A DNA stretch of 61,999 nucleotides, filler included, from a bacterium (GCA_024278215.1; 5 parts of 5 records of this genome joined end to end with filler, not necessarily neighbours in it), one strand, 5' to 3'; positions 1 to 9,326 are shown, counted from the whole stretch's first letter. Numbers and translations: made by a program. The notes: generated from the letters alone by a model not told the origin.

Positions 1-2
1 AC

Positions 3-181
3 GAGCCAATTGCAAAATTCTGATTCGGCTGCGGTTGGCTGCAATTGTCAACAGCTGCATTGTCGGCACAAAATCTTCCTCGACGTACTCTACAAGTACG
101 CCTGCGGGGATTTTGCACCTCCGCTTTGCTTTAGTCCAATTTCGCTCGACCTCGCTTCGAACATAATTTTGCAACTGGCTC
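3..181 (+). mobile_element. ~179-bp MITE-like element (family A), copy 1
   Basis: Terminal inverted repeats GAGCCAATTGCAAAATT...AATTTTGCAACTGGCTC; near-identical copies at 3171, 7828, 15618, 23540, 35759 and 53229. Confidence 0.85.
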
Positions 182-267
182 TTACGAAATATCTGTATTC
201 GCACAAGTTCAGCAGATAACAAAAATGCACTGCGTGGAATTTCAGTTGTAAGACGCTGAATGTAAAA

Positions 268-1212
268 TCAATTTGTTGTTATGTCTGAGATGTCAAATAC
301 TTTAATGGACCTGCTGCCGTCGTCGACGACGTACAGCCGGTCGTCGTCGTCGATCCTGATCCTGCTCGGCGAAAGGAACCTGAACCCGAACTCTCCTGTG
401 TCTTTCACACGCGCTGTCAGCTCTCCGAACGAATCGAAAACGTCCAGTGTGTTTTCATCTTTGTTCAGTGCCCAGATATTATGTTTCTGATCAGTGGCGA
501 TGGAAACAATATTGGGATGGTCTTCTGTTGCGAACGCGGCTTTCATTGAAAACGAGTCGGCCATTTTGCCGTTTGCCATAAATTTGTAAACCATGCTGCT
601 TTTGCCGTCGAGCACAAGCAGGACATTCGGGAACGCTGTTGTGGCGTCGATGATGTTCAACGCCGGTTTTTTGCCTTTGCGGGACTTGCTTTTCGGATAC
701 AGTTGTGTGAGTTTTTTTGCTGCGGAGTTCAACGAGTAGATGATGCCCTGTTCGGTATCGATCAACCAGAGTGTCTGATCGAAATAGGCGGTGGCGAGAT
801 CGACTTTGACATCACGTTTTCCGAGGGTGTTTGTCCATGGCGAGCGCAGGCTGCCGGTCGGGGTGAGATTCTTCAGCGAGCGTTGCGAGATGATAAAAAT
901 AGTGTTGTCGAAAAGCGACACGCCTGCCGGTGCCTCGACACGCTGGGATATTCTGATCTGGTCGATCGGCTCGCCGGTCGCCGCGTAGTAGCGGCTTAAC
1001 ACCGCCGGTGTGTTGTGGAGTACGTATAATATGTTGTCCGCCGGATTGATGCTGATCGAGTGTATCGCGCTGAAAAAACCGCTGGACGGAAAACTGCTGA
1101 TCTCGTATAGCAACTCGGGTTCGATCCAGTGGTAATCCTGCTGCCACGCGCGGGCGTTGCCGGAAAAGACGAAAACGATAAATGAAATAATTATATAATA
1201 TTTAAGTTTCAT
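268..1212 (-). CDS. Secreted NHL-repeat/beta-propeller protein
   Basis: N-terminal signal peptide; NHL-like repeats, e.g. FLSPSRIRIDDDDRLYVVDDGSRSIKVF. Confidence 0.65.
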   Translation of the reverse strand: MKLKYYIIISFIVFVFSGNARAWQQDYHWIEPELLYEISSFPSSGFFSAIHSISINPADNILYVLHNTPAVLSRYYAATGEPIDQIRISQRVEAPAGVSLFDNTIFIISQRSLKNLTPTGSLRSPWTNTLGKRDVKVDLATAYFDQTLWLIDTEQGIIYSLNSAAKKLTQLYPKSKSRKGKKPALNIIDATTAFPNVLLVLDGKSSMVYKFMANGKMADSFSMKAAFATEDHPNIVSIATDQKHNIWALNKDENTLDVFDSFGELTARVKDTGEFGFRFLSPSRIRIDDDDRLYVVDDGSRSIKVFDISDITTN

Positions 1213-1354
1213 TCTGTTATTTTATGCTGATCGGCGGTAATATTGCAACAGTGCGCCCATGCCATTTTTTGTTCTGGCTCGTTGCCTGTGTATGCCGCAG
1301 GGGGTTAAACTATTATAACAAATAAAAGATCGAAAGTATATAAAGAACCAGCGG

Positions 1355-2353
1355 ATGGGAACTGAGACAGACAACATGATCGACCTTAGTATTGTTATCC
1401 CGATGTACAATGAGCGGGACAACGTGGACAGGACTTTGTCGCTGATCGGCGAAACGATGGCTGGTTTCCGTGGCGGCTGGGAATTGATACTGGTCGACGA
1501 CGGGAGCGACGACGACACACTTGCTGTCGCGCGCGCCGCCGCGGAACGTGTGCCGTGGCTGCGGGTGTTGTCTTACGAGCGCAATCGCGGGCGCGGCAGG
1601 GCTATGCGCACCGGGTTCGACGCGGCGCGCGGCGAAATCATAATCACCACCGACTTCGATCTCAGCTACAGCCCCGATCACATACTTAAAATATACGATG
1701 CTTTCCGAGAGAACCAGGACGTCGACGTCGTGCTCGGCTCGGCCTATATGCCCGGCGGAACAGTGAAGGATGTGCCGTTTATGCGCCACGCGGCCAGCAG
1801 GCTCGGCAACCGCGTGCTGAGCTTTGCTATGGACGGTAAGGTGCATACGATAACCTGCATCCTGCGCGGTTACAGGCGACATGTGCTCGAGTCGCTCGAA
1901 CTGGAGTCGGAAGGCAAGGAGATACACCTTGAGATACTGTCGAAAGTGTTGTCGCTGGGCTACCGTGTGCTGGAGGTCCCGGCGCACCTGCGCGGTCGCA
2001 CGGGCGGCAAATCGAAATTCAAGCTGAAAGCCACTTCTCTGACACATCTTGTGTTTACGTTTTTCGAGAGGCCGATGATAGTCTTCGGCGGGCTCGGCGC
2101 TTTGATGCTGCTGCTTGGAATTGTCGTGGGAGCGGCCATAGTGTTCATGCGCTATTCAGGCACTCTCAACCCCGAACGGCCGCTTATGACGCTGATGGTG
2201 TTGCTTGTACTTGTTGGCATACAGGTGCTGACTGTCGGTTTCATCGCGCTCCAGATACTTAAATTGCGCAAAGAGATATACAGGATTCAGGCGCAGAACC
2301 TGCGGCTCGAAAAGCTGATGCGCGAACTAAGGGACGACCCCCCGCATGAATGA
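1355..2353 (+). CDS. Glycosyltransferase family 2 (polyprenol-phosphate glycosyltransferase-like, two C-terminal TM helices)
   Basis: SIVIPMYNE, LVDDGSDD, RNRGRGRA, DxD motif (DFD); C-terminal hydrophobic segments. Confidence 0.9.
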   Translation: MGTETDNMIDLSIVIPMYNERDNVDRTLSLIGETMAGFRGGWELILVDDGSDDDTLAVARAAAERVPWLRVLSYERNRGRGRAMRTGFDAARGEIIITTDFDLSYSPDHILKIYDAFRENQDVDVVLGSAYMPGGTVKDVPFMRHAASRLGNRVLSFAMDGKVHTITCILRGYRRHVLESLELESEGKEIHLEILSKVLSLGYRVLEVPAHLRGRTGGKSKFKLKATSLTHLVFTFFERPMIVFGGLGALMLLLGIVVGAAIVFMRYSGTLNPERPLMTLMVLLVLVGIQVLTVGFIALQILKLRKEIYRIQAQNLRLEKLMRELRDDPPHE

Positions 2354-3107
2354 CGGACCCCGTGAAGAGAGATATGAAATAGAAGGCCGCGTCTTTGTGA
2401 AGAGATACGAGGGCGGCGGCGTGAGGTTTTTCCGCGACGGCGAAGAACTCGACATAGTGGAATGGAACCGCGTGCTCAACGAAGTGCAGCCCATGCGCCT
2501 GCTCGATGAGCACCCAAACCCGGTGGTGCGACTTAAAGAAACGCATCGGCGCGCGGCGTTTATAAAGTTTATCGGCGATGTGGGCGGCATGGCCGTGGCG
2601 GATGTCGGCTGCGAGGAAGGCCGGCTGGCGGAGATGCTGCTGCCGAAATGCGAGAGGCTGTATTGTGTCGACATAGACGAGGCGATGCTTGCCGGCGCGA
2701 GGAGCAGGTTGGGCGCGGCGCGGATTGAATATGTACAGAGCGACGTGCGGAAAATCGGTTTGCCCGACGACTTGATTGACGTGTGTGTCGCCGCGGAAGT
2801 GCTCGAGCACCTGCCCGAGCCGCGGGAGGGTATCGACGAACTCGTGAGAATCACAAAACCGGGCGGGCGCATATTTATCAGTGTGCCGAATGAAAAGCTT
2901 CTTTTAACTGTCAAGCGGGTTGCCGGAAAGCTGGGCATGGGCCGCAGCCTCGGAAAACTCAGCGCCGGGCTCGCTGTGGGCCATGTGCAGATTTTCACGG
3001 CTGACCGTATCAGGGAAATATGCCGGGGGCGCGTTCGGATAGATAAGCTGAAATACAGCGCGCCGTTTTACCTTAATATTTTCGCGGCGGGCAGACCGCT
3101 GAAGTGA
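2346..3107 (+). CDS. Class I SAM-dependent methyltransferase
   Basis: VADVGCEEG motif I, EVLEHL, KPGGRI; start overlaps the GT2 stop. Confidence 0.85.
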   Translation: MNDGPREERYEIEGRVFVKRYEGGGVRFFRDGEELDIVEWNRVLNEVQPMRLLDEHPNPVVRLKETHRRAAFIKFIGDVGGMAVADVGCEEGRLAEMLLPKCERLYCVDIDEAMLAGARSRLGAARIEYVQSDVRKIGLPDDLIDVCVAAEVLEHLPEPREGIDELVRITKPGGRIFISVPNEKLLLTVKRVAGKLGMGRSLGKLSAGLAVGHVQIFTADRIREICRGRVRIDKLKYSAPFYLNIFAAGRPLK

Positions 3108-3170
3108 GAAGATACAGGTGTACGATTGGCGTTGGCGCGGCAGATGAATATAATATATTCTATATATGGT

Positions 3171-3348
3171 GAGCCAATTGCAAAATTCTGATTCTGCTGC
3201 GGTCGGCTGCTATTGTCCATAGCTGCGTTGTCGGTGCAAAATCGTCCTCGACGTACTCTATAAGTACGCCTGCGAGGATTTTACACCTCCGCCTTGCTCC
3301 GAACAATTTCGCTCGACCTCGCTATGAACATAATTTTGCAATTGGCTC
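3171..3348 (+). mobile_element. MITE family A, copy 2
   Basis: Perfect TIRs GAGCCAATTGCAAAATT; flanked by direct repeat ATGGT. Confidence 0.9.
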
Positions 3349-3378
3349 ATGGTGAAGAATTGAAAGGGGGTAGTAAAG

Positions 3379-3951
3379 ATGAAAGTGGTGGCGTTTAACG
3401 GAAGTGCGAGGAAGGAAGGCAACACGGCGGCGTGTCTGAAGAAAGTGCTCGGGGTGCTGGAGGCGGAAGGGATCGAGACGGAGCTGGTGAACCTGGCGGG
3501 GAAGAAGCTTGGTGGCTGCCGGGCGTGCTACAGGTGCATGGAAAAGAAAGACAGGAAGTGCCACGGCCCGAATGACGACATGAATGAACTTATAGAGCTG
3601 TTCGACAGGGCCGACGGCGTGATCATCGGCTCGCCCACATACTTCAGTTCGGTCTCGACGGAGACGAAAGCGCTCATTGACAGGGTGGGGCTTGTCGGAA
3701 AAGCCAACGGTCACATTTATGAGCACAAAGTCGGCGCGGCGGTCGCTGTGGCAAGGAGGCACGGTGCAACAGATGTTTTCACACAGATAAACAGGCTTTA
3801 CCTTATAAACCTGATGATAGTGCCCGGTTCGATCTACTGGAATCTCGCTATGGGCAAGGACCCCGGCGATGTTCTCAAAGACGAAGAAGGTATGCAGACG
3901 ATGGAAAGCCTCGGCAAAAACATGGCCTGGCTGTTGAAGAAGTTGCAGTGA
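3379..3951 (+). CDS. Flavodoxin-family iron-sulfur flavoprotein (Isf/WrbA-like)
   Basis: NGSARKEGNT, CRACYRC...C cysteine cluster, GSPTYF; SD upstream. Confidence 0.9.
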   Translation: MKVVAFNGSARKEGNTAACLKKVLGVLEAEGIETELVNLAGKKLGGCRACYRCMEKKDRKCHGPNDDMNELIELFDRADGVIIGSPTYFSSVSTETKALIDRVGLVGKANGHIYEHKVGAAVAVARRHGATDVFTQINRLYLINLMIVPGSIYWNLAMGKDPGDVLKDEEGMQTMESLGKNMAWLLKKLQ

Positions 3952-4012
3952 CATAATGCAGTTCGGGGCCGGTGTCGCCGCCTGATGTTTCAAGTGGATA
4001 AACAGCAATGGT

Positions 4013-4050
4013 GTGCAATGCACAAAAGTTTGTTCTTTTGTGCATTGCAC
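4013..4050. repeat. Perfect 16-bp inverted repeat with 6-nt loop
   Basis: GTGCAATGCACAAAAG-tttgtt-CTTTTGTGCATTGCAC. Confidence 0.8.
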
Positions 4051-4123
4051 CTGTTGAGCCGATTAGCGAGAATATTTTCTTAATGAGCTTGATGTTGTCA
4101 ACTACTATTATGGGAGACTTTTT

Positions 4124-4978
4124 ATGCCGTCAACAGCGATAATTGGTGGAAGCGGACTGTACAACCTCGAAATCGAAAACGCGAAAACTGTAAAAACAGA
4201 AACTCCGTTCGGCGACCCGTCGGAAGAGATTCTGGTCGGAAAACTCGGCGGCGTGGAAGCCGCTTTTCTCGCGCGTCACGGTCGCGGGCATACGATCACA
4301 CCGTCGGAGATAAACTTCCGCGCTAACGTATGGGCGCTGGCGTCGCTGGGTGTCGAGCGGGTGATTTCCATCAGCGCCGTGGGCGGCATGAAGGAAGAAA
4401 ACTCGCCGGGCACTCTCGTATTCCCAGACAATTTTATTGATAACACGCGCTCGCGCCGGAAGACTTTTTACACCGACGGATTCGTCGGCCACATCTCGCT
4501 TGCGCACCCAGTGTGCCCCGAGATGCGCAGGCTTCTGTATGAGTCGGGAAAACGACAGGGTTATGATGTCCGCGACGGCGGCACCTATATATGTATCGAG
4601 GGACCGAACTTCTCGACGCGCGCCGAGTCGCTCGTGTATCGCAGTTGGGACGTCGACGTTATCGGCATGACGAATGTGCCCGAGATGAACCTGTGCCGCG
4701 AGGCTGGGATGTGCTATGCGACTATCGCCTGCGTAACGGATTACGACTGCTGGCGCGAGGAGGACGAGGGCGTCAACATCGACGACATACTCAGAACACT
4801 CAGGGAGAATGTGAGCAAGGCCATATCCATCGTCGCCGACACGATCGGCGCAGTCGCGGGCGAAAGAAGCTGTGACTGCCTCGCGGTGTCGAAGATGGCA
4901 CCGCTGACGCAACTGAAAGATATTCCCAATAATAAGAAGTCCGATCTCGAACCGATACTCAGGCGTATTATAAGCTGA
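4124..4978 (+). CDS. mtnP: S-methyl-5'-thioadenosine phosphorylase
   Basis: IIGGSGLY, TPFGDPS, FLARHGRGH, EGPNFSTRAES, IGMT, VTDYDCW. Confidence 0.93.
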   Translation: MPSTAIIGGSGLYNLEIENAKTVKTETPFGDPSEEILVGKLGGVEAAFLARHGRGHTITPSEINFRANVWALASLGVERVISISAVGGMKEENSPGTLVFPDNFIDNTRSRRKTFYTDGFVGHISLAHPVCPEMRRLLYESGKRQGYDVRDGGTYICIEGPNFSTRAESLVYRSWDVDVIGMTNVPEMNLCREAGMCYATIACVTDYDCWREEDEGVNIDDILRTLRENVSKAISIVADTIGAVAGERSCDCLAVSKMAPLTQLKDIPNNKKSDLEPILRRIIS

Positions 4979-5175
4979 CAGCGTTTTTCATCTTTTTTTT
5001 CGCTTGACGCTTCCATCGTTACTGCCAGGTGAGCCGGGGCAAAACAGGGCCCCGGAACGATAAGAAATTCGGTTCCCGGTGTTCAACGCTTTTGTTTTTA
5101 CCGAATCCCGAACTCCGATTATCAGACACCGGCCTGTTCGGTTCCGGCTATGCCGGGTTAGGGAAACACGTTCAA

Positions 5176-7317
5176 ATGGAATCGCTAACAGAAGATGTGG
5201 CGGCGGCGGTGGACTTGCGTGAAGGCCCCGAGGGTGTGCGCTCGATAATCGAAGCGGTGCCTTCCGGCGGTGGTATCCCGCTGAAAGAACTTGCCCGAAG
5301 TGTGCGGCTTCCGCTGCCTGTTGTCGCCGCCGTGCGCCGTGAACTCGAGAAAAGAAATGTCTTCATACGCAGTGGCGGAGTGGCGCTTTCGGAATACGGC
5401 AGGGAGCTTCTTCAATCATCCGGCGGCGCGACGGACGTCGATTTCCGTTGCGAAGCGTGCGGCGGGTCCGGCAGCAGCATACCGGATAACCTGCGCGGAC
5501 TTCTCGACACTGTCGAAAAAGCGTTCGGGGACATGCCGCGTGTTGATGTAAGTCTTGACCAGGCTTTCGCAACAGCGGAAACGTCCTTGAAACGCGCTAT
5601 GCTCGCACTCGAACGCGGCACGCTGGCGGGCAGGTGCGTCGCTTTCCTCGGCGACGACGACCTCGTCTCTTTTTCCGCCGCGCTGCTCCTGCGTGAACTC
5701 GGCGCGGACGGTTCCACCGAACTCGTCGTTTTTGAAATCGACAAAAGAATCACTGCTTATATTCATGCCCTTGCCGACGCGCACGGACTCGGCGTCAGGT
5801 GTGTCGAACATGATTTGAGACACCCGTTCCCCATCGAGTTTAAAGAATCGTTCCACTGTTTCTTCGCCGATCCGCCCTATACGCTGCCGGGGCTGAAGCT
5901 GTTTTTGTCGCGCGGCGCCGAGTTGTTGCGCCGGAAATCCGGTCTGCACGCGTTTCTTTCTTTTGCGCACAAGGACCCGGAATTCACAGTCGAGATGTTC
6001 GCCCTGATAGCCGAGACAGGCTTTGCCGTCGCGGAGGTCGCGCCCGGTTTCAATATGTATCGCGGCGCGGACATCATCGGCAACACCGGACAGATGATAC
6101 ACCTTAAAAGCTCCGCCGTAACGACATCCTTGCTCGATACCGGAAAGTATTCGCTTCCCATATATACCGGCGAGTTGAAAGTTACCGTCAGGAACTATGT
6201 CTGTGCCGCTTGCGGCGAAAAGACGGAAGTGGGCCGGGGGGCCGCGCTCCACACTATCGAAGAGCTTAAAGAGGCCGGTTGCCCCGTCTGCGGCGGAAAA
6301 AAGTTCCGCTTCAAGGGCAGGAAAAAAGCTGTGGCCGGTGCGAGCGCAGCCGAAAAAAGCTGTATAAGAAGCAGTGTCGACACATACAGGAAGGTCTTTT
6401 TCGAAGGGATCGAACTCAACAGGCTGCACCCCGAAGACGCGGCGGAACTGAAAAGAGGATTCGCCGGCGCGGGCGCGCGGGCGTGGTGCTGTTTCGTGCC
6501 GTTTCTGCATTTCACGAGCGAGGCGGCGCGCAGGCAGATATACTGGAAGCGCGGCGCGGACGGTCCGATCATTCTATATCGCAAAGAGAAGAGCAGCATA
6601 AAATGGGAACTCTACACGCTGGCGGCTTCGACGCGCGCCGGTGCGCTCGAAGCGGTCGAACTGATGGACCGGCTGAACGGAAATCGACTTGGTCGCATCC
6701 TGTGGGCGGGCGCGCTGCAGGCCGAGTTGCTGAAGGGTGACAGAAGTTTCTCCGTCGAATACCGTGACAGCGAATACTTATATGACGCCGCGCGCGTAGC
6801 CGCACTCAAAGGACCCGAATTCGCGGACGTTCGAAAAAAGCTAAACAGGTTTGCGCGCGAGAATCCCGGCGTCGAGTTCGTCGAAATGAAGCCGGAGGAT
6901 ATACCGGAATGCCTGCGGCTGCTTGAAGCGTGGGACGCGGCGTATCGGGAGCGCAACATTGAAGCGCCGCTTCTCGATCACGATTACACAAAAAACGCGC
7001 TGGCGCGATTCGATGATTTTGCCGCGCCCGACTTTATGGGCTGGACACTGAAAGCGGCGGGCCGCATTGCGGCATTCGCGCTTGCCGGGGAGATGACGCC
7101 GCAACTTGCGAACTTTTTCGCGCTCAAAACAGACCTCGACATCAGGGGTTGCAGCGCATACATGCGGTGGCGGGTTATCGGATTCCTCGCGGGCCTCGGA
7201 TACAGCCGCGTCAACGATGCCTCGGACCTCAATCTGCCCGGTTTGAAACGGCACAAATCGAAATTCCGACCCGTCGAGAAACTCGACATCTACAAGATTC
7301 TGCGAAGAAGGGATTGA
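5176..7317 (+). CDS. Branched-chain polyamine synthase (BpsA-like aminopropyltransferase) + Zn-ribbon + C-terminal DUF2156/MprF-C-like domain fusion
   Basis: N-terminal wHTH and CxxCxGxG; LDQA, GDDDLVS, EIDKR, HDLR, DPPYT BpsA motifs; CAAC...CPVC ribbon; C-terminal EYLY..L..LKG.EF..VRKKLNRF and VNDASDLNLPGLKRHKSKFRP typical of DUF2156. ATG at 5176 preferred over GTG at 5029. Confidence 0.8.
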   Translation: MESLTEDVAAAVDLREGPEGVRSIIEAVPSGGGIPLKELARSVRLPLPVVAAVRRELEKRNVFIRSGGVALSEYGRELLQSSGGATDVDFRCEACGGSGSSIPDNLRGLLDTVEKAFGDMPRVDVSLDQAFATAETSLKRAMLALERGTLAGRCVAFLGDDDLVSFSAALLLRELGADGSTELVVFEIDKRITAYIHALADAHGLGVRCVEHDLRHPFPIEFKESFHCFFADPPYTLPGLKLFLSRGAELLRRKSGLHAFLSFAHKDPEFTVEMFALIAETGFAVAEVAPGFNMYRGADIIGNTGQMIHLKSSAVTTSLLDTGKYSLPIYTGELKVTVRNYVCAACGEKTEVGRGAALHTIEELKEAGCPVCGGKKFRFKGRKKAVAGASAAEKSCIRSSVDTYRKVFFEGIELNRLHPEDAAELKRGFAGAGARAWCCFVPFLHFTSEAARRQIYWKRGADGPIILYRKEKSSIKWELYTLAASTRAGALEAVELMDRLNGNRLGRILWAGALQAELLKGDRSFSVEYRDSEYLYDAARVAALKGPEFADVRKKLNRFARENPGVEFVEMKPEDIPECLRLLEAWDAAYRERNIEAPLLDHDYTKNALARFDDFAAPDFMGWTLKAAGRIAAFALAGEMTPQLANFFALKTDLDIRGCSAYMRWRVIGFLAGLGYSRVNDASDLNLPGLKRHKSKFRPVEKLDIYKILRRRD

Positions 7318-7396
7318 GTTTTTTATCTGCCGTCTTCTTTCATTTTCAGAAACCGTATATATTTGAAATGTTGTGAACTATCGTTCAGGAGAAGAG

Positions 7397-7813
7397 ATGC
7401 CGGAAGAAAAACACGTAGAAAAAATGAGTTCGCTGGAACTCGATTTCAGCGGCGCGATGGAACAGGCGGACAGAGACCTTGTGCGCACACTGGGCACACA
7501 GGTGACATTCTGGGGCTTCGGCTGCGACCGCGAAGCTATCGACGCGCCCTGCAAGATTGTGCTGGAGATGGAAAAATACGTCGCCGCCAATAAGTTGACA
7601 TTAAAAGACAAACTCGTTTCGCGCTTCGAGCCGCAGGGACTGACCGTAGTGCTCGTGCTCGAGGAGTCGCATCTGCTCGTGAACACATGGCCCGAGCACG
7701 GCGTGATACAGGTAGAGATTTTCTCCTGCCGAGAGATTGAAACCGGCGGCATGTTGGAAATCTTCGAGCGGGTCTTCAAGTCCGCCAGGACATATATGCA
7801 CGAGTTGAAATAA
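7397..7813 (+). CDS. speD: Pyruvoyl-dependent S-adenosylmethionine decarboxylase-family proenzyme
   Basis: FEPQGLT...LEESH (E/S self-cleavage site), TWPEHG, IFSC. Start uncertain (ORF track 7373; ATG 7397 follows AGGAG). Confidence 0.8.
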   Translation: MPEEKHVEKMSSLELDFSGAMEQADRDLVRTLGTQVTFWGFGCDREAIDAPCKIVLEMEKYVAANKLTLKDKLVSRFEPQGLTVVLVLEESHLLVNTWPEHGVIQVEIFSCREIETGGMLEIFERVFKSARTYMHELK

Positions 7814-7827
7814 TTGTGTTGATAAAT

Positions 7828-8006
7828 GAGCCAATTGCAAAATTCTGATTCGGCTGCGGTCGGCTGCAATTGTCCATAGCTACGTTGTCGGCACAAAATC
7901 ATCCTCAACGTACTCGGCGAGTACGCCTGCGGGGATTTTGAACCTCCGCCTTGCTTCTGAAAAATTTCGTTCGACCTCGCTACGAACATAATTTTGCAAT
8001 TGGCTC
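7828..8006 (+). mobile_element. MITE family A, copy 3
   Basis: Perfect TIRs; internal sequence matches the other copies. Confidence 0.9.
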
Positions 8007-8073
8007 AATTGTGGTTAATGATTCGCTAAGGCCCGTATCACGGATTGAGAAAAACAAAGGCCGCAGTAGAGTA

Positions 8074-8102
8074 TTGACAAAAAAGGCTGTGCCCCCTATG
8101 AT
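8074..8102 (+). promoter_or_regulatory. Sigma70 promoter of the tRNA pair
   Basis: TTGACA-17 bp-TATGAT ending 9 nt before tRNA-Cys. Confidence 0.8.
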
Positions 8103-8111
8103 TTATCTTGC

Positions 8112-8185
8112 GGCGACGTAGCCAAGTGGTCTAAGGCAGAGGTCTGCAAAATCTCCATTCGGCGGTTCAAATCCGCCCGTCGCCT
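8112..8185 (+). tRNA. tRNA-Cys(GCA), CCA not encoded
   Basis: Acceptor GGCGACG/CGTCGCC, anticodon arm GAGGT-CTGCAAA-ATCTC, T-loop GGTTCAAATCC, U discriminator. Confidence 0.95.
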
Positions 8186-8193
8186 TGTAACAG

Positions 8194-8265
8194 GGGTGGT
8201 TAGTTCAGTGGGAGAACGCTTCCCTGACGCGGAAGAGGCCACAGGTTCAAGTCCTGTACCACCCA
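8194..8265 (+). tRNA. tRNA-Val(GAC), CCA not encoded
   Basis: Acceptor GGGTGGT/ACCACCC, anticodon arm CTTCC-CTGACGC-GGAAG, GGTTCAAGTCC. Confidence 0.95.
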
Positions 8266-8269
8266 CTGC

Positions 8270-8299
8270 CCGGGCTCGCGGAAGCGGGCCGGTTTTTTT
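8270..8299 (+). terminator. Rho-independent terminator after the tRNAs
   Basis: GC-rich hairpin with GGAA loop followed by a T7 run. Confidence 0.75.
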
Positions 8300-8433
8300 G
8301 TGCAAGGCGCTAAGCAGAAAAAACGGGCGGAGTGAAGCTTGATTTAGATGGAACTGGGAACAGGCGAGTTTTTTCTCTTGTCGAGCTTCGGATTCATAAC
8401 CTGTGAGAATCGGAAGAGTCTCCAATATTCCTG

Positions 8434-8462
8434 TTGACTGCAAAGATGTTTTTTGCTATACT
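8434..8462 (+). promoter_or_regulatory. Sigma70 promoter of infC-rpmI-rplT
   Basis: TTGACT-17 bp-TATACT with extended -10 TG. Confidence 0.7.
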
Positions 8463-8531
8463 CCGATGTTGCGTCCCCCGGAATGGGGTGTTTTTTAATC
8501 ATGCGCGGAAGCGAGGTGCTGCAACCAGCCT

Positions 8532-9065
8532 TTGAAACAAAGAAAAAAGAAACGAGTGTATGTCCAGCGCACCCGGATAAATGGAGCGATCAAGGCCCCT
8601 AAAGTGCGAACGATCAATAGCGCGGGTGAGCAATTGGGGATACTCCCAATAGAAGAAGCTTTAAGGGTTGCCGAACAGGAACAGCTTGACCTTGTCGAGG
8701 TCGCTCCGGATGCCGATCCGCCCGTTTGCAGGATCATGGATCACGGGAAATATATTTTCGAGAAGCGCAAGAAAACGAAGAAATCGAAAGTAAAGACCTC
8801 TGTGCTGAAAGAGATCAAGTTGAGGCCGAAGATCGGCCAGCACGACTACGACTTCAAATCGCGGCACGTCGAGAGATTCCTCAAGGACGGTGATAAGGTC
8901 AAAGCGACAATTATGTTTCGGGGCAGGGAAATGGACTTTACCGAGCGTGGCAGGGACCTGCTCCTGCGCCTGGCGGCGGACCACAAAGATTATTCCGTGG
9001 TCGAGCGGATGCCGAAGCTTGAAGGAAGAAATATGATCATGATACTGGCGCCGAATAAGAAATAG
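8532..9065 (+). CDS. infC: Translation initiation factor IF-3
   Basis: LDLVEVAPDADPPVCRIMDHGKY, KEIKLRPKIGQHDY, FRGRE; non-ATG start, exact position uncertain. Confidence 0.97.
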   Translation: MKQRKKKRVYVQRTRINGAIKAPKVRTINSAGEQLGILPIEEALRVAEQEQLDLVEVAPDADPPVCRIMDHGKYIFEKRKKTKKSKVKTSVLKEIKLRPKIGQHDYDFKSRHVERFLKDGDKVKATIMFRGREMDFTERGRDLLLRLAADHKDYSVVERMPKLEGRNMIMILAPNKK

Positions 9066-9077
9066 GAGTGAAACGAA

Positions 9078-9275
9078 ATGCCGAAGATGAAGACACATAA
9101 AGGCGCGTACAAGCGTCTCAGAAAAACAGGTTCGGGAAAGTATGTCAGAAAGAAAGAAGGCATGGGACACCTGCTTTCCCATAAATCGAGAAAACGCAAA
9201 AGAAGACTTAAACAGGTGGCGGTGATCAAACAGGGCGGACAGACCCGCCAGGTGAAACGGCTCATCCAGACATAA
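9078..9275 (+). CDS. rpmI: 50S ribosomal protein L35
   Basis: [13 protein letters not shown]...HLL; position in operon. Confidence 0.97.
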   Translation: MPKMKTHKGAYKRLRKTGSGKYVRKKEGMGHLLSHKSRKRKRRLKQVAVIKQGGQTRQVKRLIQT

Positions 9276-9326
9276 TCGCCGCAGGCAGACTAATACATTG
9301 CTTATGATGGAAGAAGGAGATACGAG

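Noticed and set aside
10-219. Recurring short ORFs with LQNSDSAAVGCNC peptides (also near 3322, 7378, 23493, 35613)
   Set aside because: They are translations of MITE family A, not a protein family
5029-5175. 49-residue N-terminal extension of the BpsA fusion
   Set aside because: Reads through intergenic, repeat-like DNA (FGSGYAGLG); recognisable protein begins at ATG 5176
8096-8443. 115-aa minus-strand ORF
   Set aside because: Antisense to the two tRNA genes
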